From Myxococcales bacterium (GTDB lineage: Bacteria > Desulfobacterota > Binatia > HRBIN30): a stretch of 64,000 nucleotides of DNA. A model generated the notes under the pieces. That model searched no databases. It was not told the DNA's origin and saw only the letters and a program-made list of their open reading frames with translations. Position numbers and translations under genes: made by a program. Shown in pieces: positions 60,933-64,000 of this stretch (positions are counted from its first letter, which is position 1; every line of letters begins with the position of its first letter). The DNA lies in assembly GCA_037445065.1 (NCBI GenBank), contig JBBILD010000005.1, positions 165,124 through 229,123 of the forward strand, in the 5' to 3' direction.

Positions 60933-63596
60933 ATGAGGCAACGCGTGTGGTGGAGCGTGGCGCTTGCGGCGGTGCTCGTCGTGGCCACAGTGCTGCGGGT
61001 CTACAACTTGCGCGACCTTCCTGCGGGCTTGTTCTGCGACGAGGCCGCGTTCGGCTACAATGGCTTTGCCATCGCACAAAGCGGCTACGACGAGAATGGG
61101 AAATTTCTGCCGCTGCTGGTGTGGTCGTTCGGCGGGTACAAGAACACCGTCTACATTTATTCCACTGCGCTGGCCGTCAAACTGCTCGGTCTCGACGAGT
61201 TCTCCACCCGCTTGCCGGCAGCTTTGTACGGGGTGGCCTCCATCGCAGTGCTGTTCTGGATCGGTAAGGCGCTGTTCAACCCCTGGGTGGGCCTGTTCGC
61301 GGCGGTCTTCCTCACCCTCGCCCCTTGGCACCTGCACTTCAGCCGCATTGCCTTCGAGATGACGCCCTTTGCCTTTCTCTTCGGCTTGGGCTTTTTGTTC
61401 TTGCTGCGGTACACGCAGGGCCGGCGCACGCTTCCCCTGGCGGCCTTGTTCTTCGCACTGACCCCGTACAACTACGCCATCTCGGCGGTGGTCGTGCCGC
61501 TCTTTCTGCTCGGCTTCGCCGTGCTTTACGCCCCCACCCTCATCCGGCGCTGGCGCGAGACCTCGCTCGCGGTACTGGTGGGAATCGTCACTATCGCCCC
61601 GCTCGTGGTGTTTTATTACCGCAACCCGCAAGGCACGATTTACGTGCAGCGCACCACGATGTTCGACCTGAACGCGCCGCTCTGGCCGCAACTGCAACGT
61701 TACGCGACCAACTACCTCGAGTTTTTCAATTACCAATTCTTGTTCGAGCACGGCGATCCGATCACCCGCCACTCGGTGCGGGAGTTCGGGGAACTGCTGC
61801 CGGTCTACTTTCCGTTCTTGCTGGTGGGCGTCGTTGCCGCCCTGCTGCGGCGCGACCGCTTTTCCAAACTCGTCCTCTGGTGGCTCGTGGTATACCCGAG
61901 CGGGGCGACTATGCTCACCGAGATCCCCTCGGCAACCCGAGCCTTTATCGGTGTCCCAGCGTTCTGCCTGCTCACCGGAATCGGCCTCGCAACCGCCTTG
62001 TGGGCGCTCAACGTGTTCCGCTGGCGGCCGCTCGTGCGCGCCCTGCAAGCGGCCGGCTTGTGTGCTGCCGGCTACGTGCTCGTGAAGCAAGCCAGCGCGT
62101 ACTGGCGCTTTTACGCAAACGAGTACCCGAAGTACTCCGCTCCCACGTACGGCGGTTTTCAGTACGGCTACCGCGACTCGATCGCGTTCATGGAGCCGCT
62201 GCGCTCCCGGTACGCTCGCCTCATGCTGACCGCGACCGAGGTGAACCAACCGCAGATCTTCCCCCTCTTCTACAACCGGCTCGACCCCATCCAGTACTTG
62301 CAAACGCGCGACATTGGCTACCTGATCGCCGACCCGGCGTTTTATTCCGAGTACTCGATTACGCAGCCGATCCTTTACCAACTGCGGGTGAGCGATCTGG
62401 TCTACTTCGACGACTACACGATCCTCAAGGAGATCGTTGCGCCGGGCGGACAAAAGGAGTTCGTGATTGCCGAGGTTCGCTCGCGCAAGCGGTACCTGAC
62501 TGACTGGCTTGCCCTCGGCCTCTTCGACAACACGGACGGGCGGGGCATGAAGGAGGACTTCATTGACGTCCACGACATCGGCAAGCGCAAGTACGCGGTT
62601 TCGTTCGGCGAGTCGTATTGGCGCCCGGTGCCACAACGCAACGTCCGGGTGGATTTGAACGCGTTCTTTGCCGCCGCCGATCCCCGGCACCCGGGCAATC
62701 CCGAGATGGTGTGTGCCTATGCGCTCACCACCGTGCGCTCGCCACAGGAGCAAGAAGTCTTTCTCGAACTGGGAGGAGGGGGCGACCCCGCTCTGGTCTG
62801 GCTCAATGGAGAACGCCTAACACCCTGGCCCATCAGCCTCGGCTTGCAACTCCAGCGCCGCGCGGTGCGCCTGCGTGCCGGCACCAACTTGCTCGTGGTC
62901 AAGTCGTGCGAAAGTGTGGGCGATTGGTACTTCACGGCCCGCATCACCGATGCCTCCGGGCGCGACGTGCCCGGGTTGCAGCCAGCAGCGGAAATCCCCA
63001 CCGTCATCCCGCCCCCGCTCCAACGCGCAGAGAAGCCAGCCGAAATCCAGTTGGTCGAGGGCTTCGAGCGGATCGTGCGCTTCAAACACACGCAGAATCC
63101 GTACCCAGATTATCGCGGCGGCACCGAGTCGTGGTGGGCCTACGTGCACGACGCGGAGAGCGAAGTGACGTGGCTCACCGCCCCGCTCCAGCAGAAACGC
63201 CGAACAGTGGCCGTGCTCACCGCCTCCTTTTCGGAGGTGCCTTTCAAAGGGGAACTGTGGGTCAATGGCAAGTTCGCGCTCCCCTTCGAGTTGAGCGAGC
63301 GCTTTTCTTCGCAGAGCTGGGCGGCCGGCCCGTACCGGATGACGTTTCACTTCCGCAGCGAGATCGCGGGCCGCTCCGGCGTTTTGCTGGTCGAGGTGCC
63401 GGCGGAAGAAGTGCAGCCCGGGCAGCCGCTCGAGTTGCGGATCGTGCCTGCAGGCGGCCAGTCCGCCGGCTGGTTCATGGTCAAAGGCTATCGCGACACG
63501 CTCGAGCGCGAAGGGTTCACCGCCGAGCAAGTGCTCAGCGCTGGAGAAAGCGGGTGGCAACCGGCTCCGGGCGCAGCGAGCGAGGGAGAGCCGTAA
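60933..63596 (+). CDS. ArnT/PMT-like (GT39-like) membrane glycosyltransferase with large C-terminal periplasmic beta domains
   Basis: PAGLFCDEA..GYN, RLPAAL, PWHLHFSR, multiple TM helices, VWLNG..L.AGTNLLVVK (PA14/carbohydrate-binding-like); GGGAGG RBS. Confidence 0.82.
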   Translation: MRQRVWWSVALAAVLVVATVLRVYNLRDLPAGLFCDEAAFGYNGFAIAQSGYDENGKFLPLLVWSFGGYKNTVYIYSTALAVKLLGLDEFSTRLPAALYGVASIAVLFWIGKALFNPWVGLFAAVFLTLAPWHLHFSRIAFEMTPFAFLFGLGFLFLLRYTQGRRTLPLAALFFALTPYNYAISAVVVPLFLLGFAVLYAPTLIRRWRETSLAVLVGIVTIAPLVVFYYRNPQGTIYVQRTTMFDLNAPLWPQLQRYATNYLEFFNYQFLFEHGDPITRHSVREFGELLPVYFPFLLVGVVAALLRRDRFSKLVLWWLVVYPSGATMLTEIPSATRAFIGVPAFCLLTGIGLATALWALNVFRWRPLVRALQAAGLCAAGYVLVKQASAYWRFYANEYPKYSAPTYGGFQYGYRDSIAFMEPLRSRYARLMLTATEVNQPQIFPLFYNRLDPIQYLQTRDIGYLIADPAFYSEYSITQPILYQLRVSDLVYFDDYTILKEIVAPGGQKEFVIAEVRSRKRYLTDWLALGLFDNTDGRGMKEDFIDVHDIGKRKYAVSFGESYWRPVPQRNVRVDLNAFFAAADPRHPGNPEMVCAYALTTVRSPQEQEVFLELGGGGDPALVWLNGERLTPWPISLGLQLQRRAVRLRAGTNLLVVKSCESVGDWYFTARITDASGRDVPGLQPAAEIPTVIPPPLQRAEKPAEIQLVEGFERIVRFKHTQNPYPDYRGGTESWWAYVHDAESEVTWLTAPLQQKRRTVAVLTASFSEVPFKGELWVNGKFALPFELSERFSSQSWAAGPYRMTFHFRSEIAGRSGVLLVEVPAEEVQPGQPLELRIVPAGGQSAGWFMVKGYRDTLEREGFTAEQVLSAGESGWQPAPGAASEGEP

Positions 63597-63606
63597 CGGT
63601 GCGCGC

Positions 63607-64000
63607 TTACCCTTCGAACCGGCGGCGCAGCAAGAGCGCCAGGCTCGCGCGAGCGGTCCGCCACACACGCATCTTGCTCGCCCCGCCCTTGAGGTCGTAG
63701 CGCAGCACCATCGGCACCTCGCCCATCACCCAGCCGAACGGGCGCAGTTTGAGCAGCACGTCCAGCATGCACTGAAACCCCGCCTGGTCCACGAAGCGAT
63801 CGCCATAGTGCGCGAAGGCTTGCTGGACGACGGGAGCCCGGTAAGCGCGAAAACCGCACGTGTAATCGCGCACCCCCATGGGAAACAGCACGCGCATGAG
63901 CCAGGACGCTGCGAGCGTCATCCCCCGCCGCAAGGGCGAGACGCCCAACACGCGCGCTCCGGGCTGGAAGCGCGATGCGATCACCACGTCGAAGCCCTCC
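63607..64000 (-). CDS. GT2 polyprenyl-phosphate glycosyltransferase (DPM1-like), 5' part outside window
   Basis: DVVIASRF, VRDYTCGFRAYR, EVP..LRYD.K.GASKM. Confidence 0.85.
   Translation of the reverse strand, partial: EGFDVVIASRFQPGARVLGVSPLRRGMTLAASWLMRVLFPMGVRDYTCGFRAYRAPVVQQAFAHYGDRFVDQAGFQCMLDVLLKLRPFGWVMGEVPMVLRYDLKGGASKMRVWRTARASLALLLRRRFEG

Noticed and set aside
60882..62753. 623-aa minus-strand ORF and similar long antisense ORFs (19979-21283, 43359-44852, 47380-48633, 32488-33573)
   Set aside because: Each lies opposite a well-supported gene and lacks recognisable motifs.

Overview
GC-rich bacterial chromosomal segment. The deltaproteobacterial-type genes and Pro/Thr-linker secreted proteins suggest a Binatota/Desulfobacterota-like organism, but this is inference only. 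Most of the window is housekeeping. In order: a CzcBA-type RND efflux pair; priA-def-fmt-rsmB-rpe; tRNA-Pro(CGG); an SH3 protein and plsY; a sigma54-driven amtB-glnB-glnA cluster; an aldehyde dehydrogenase; tauE-like exporter; ileS-lspA; amgK-murU-patatin; thiolase; bepA; trmJ; HAD; CoA-transferase; USP; ald; folD-gcvT-gcvH-gcvPA-gcvPB; a TonB-like protein; tatA; a zinc-ribbon protein; and a cluster of GT2 and GT-C glycosyltransferases. Two accessory blocks stand out. (1) 39762-45323 is a translationally coupled four-gene module: an unknown protein, two different BrxD/DUF2791-like P-loop ATPases (the second with a PcrA/UvrD-type Tudor N-terminus), and a short Lhr/BrxHI-like helicase. It shares the ATPase+helicase core of Shango and BREX type 2 but lacks their signature genes, and is the best candidate for an undescribed defence or DNA-processing system. 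(2) 17881-24587 is a divergent, co-decaying pseudogene pair: a secreted FG-GAP/Pro-Thr/Cys-rich/DUF3494-like protein and a winged-helix STAND regulator, with an 11-bp tandem repeat operator candidate between them. No CRISPR array, rRNA, integrase or transposase was recognised.
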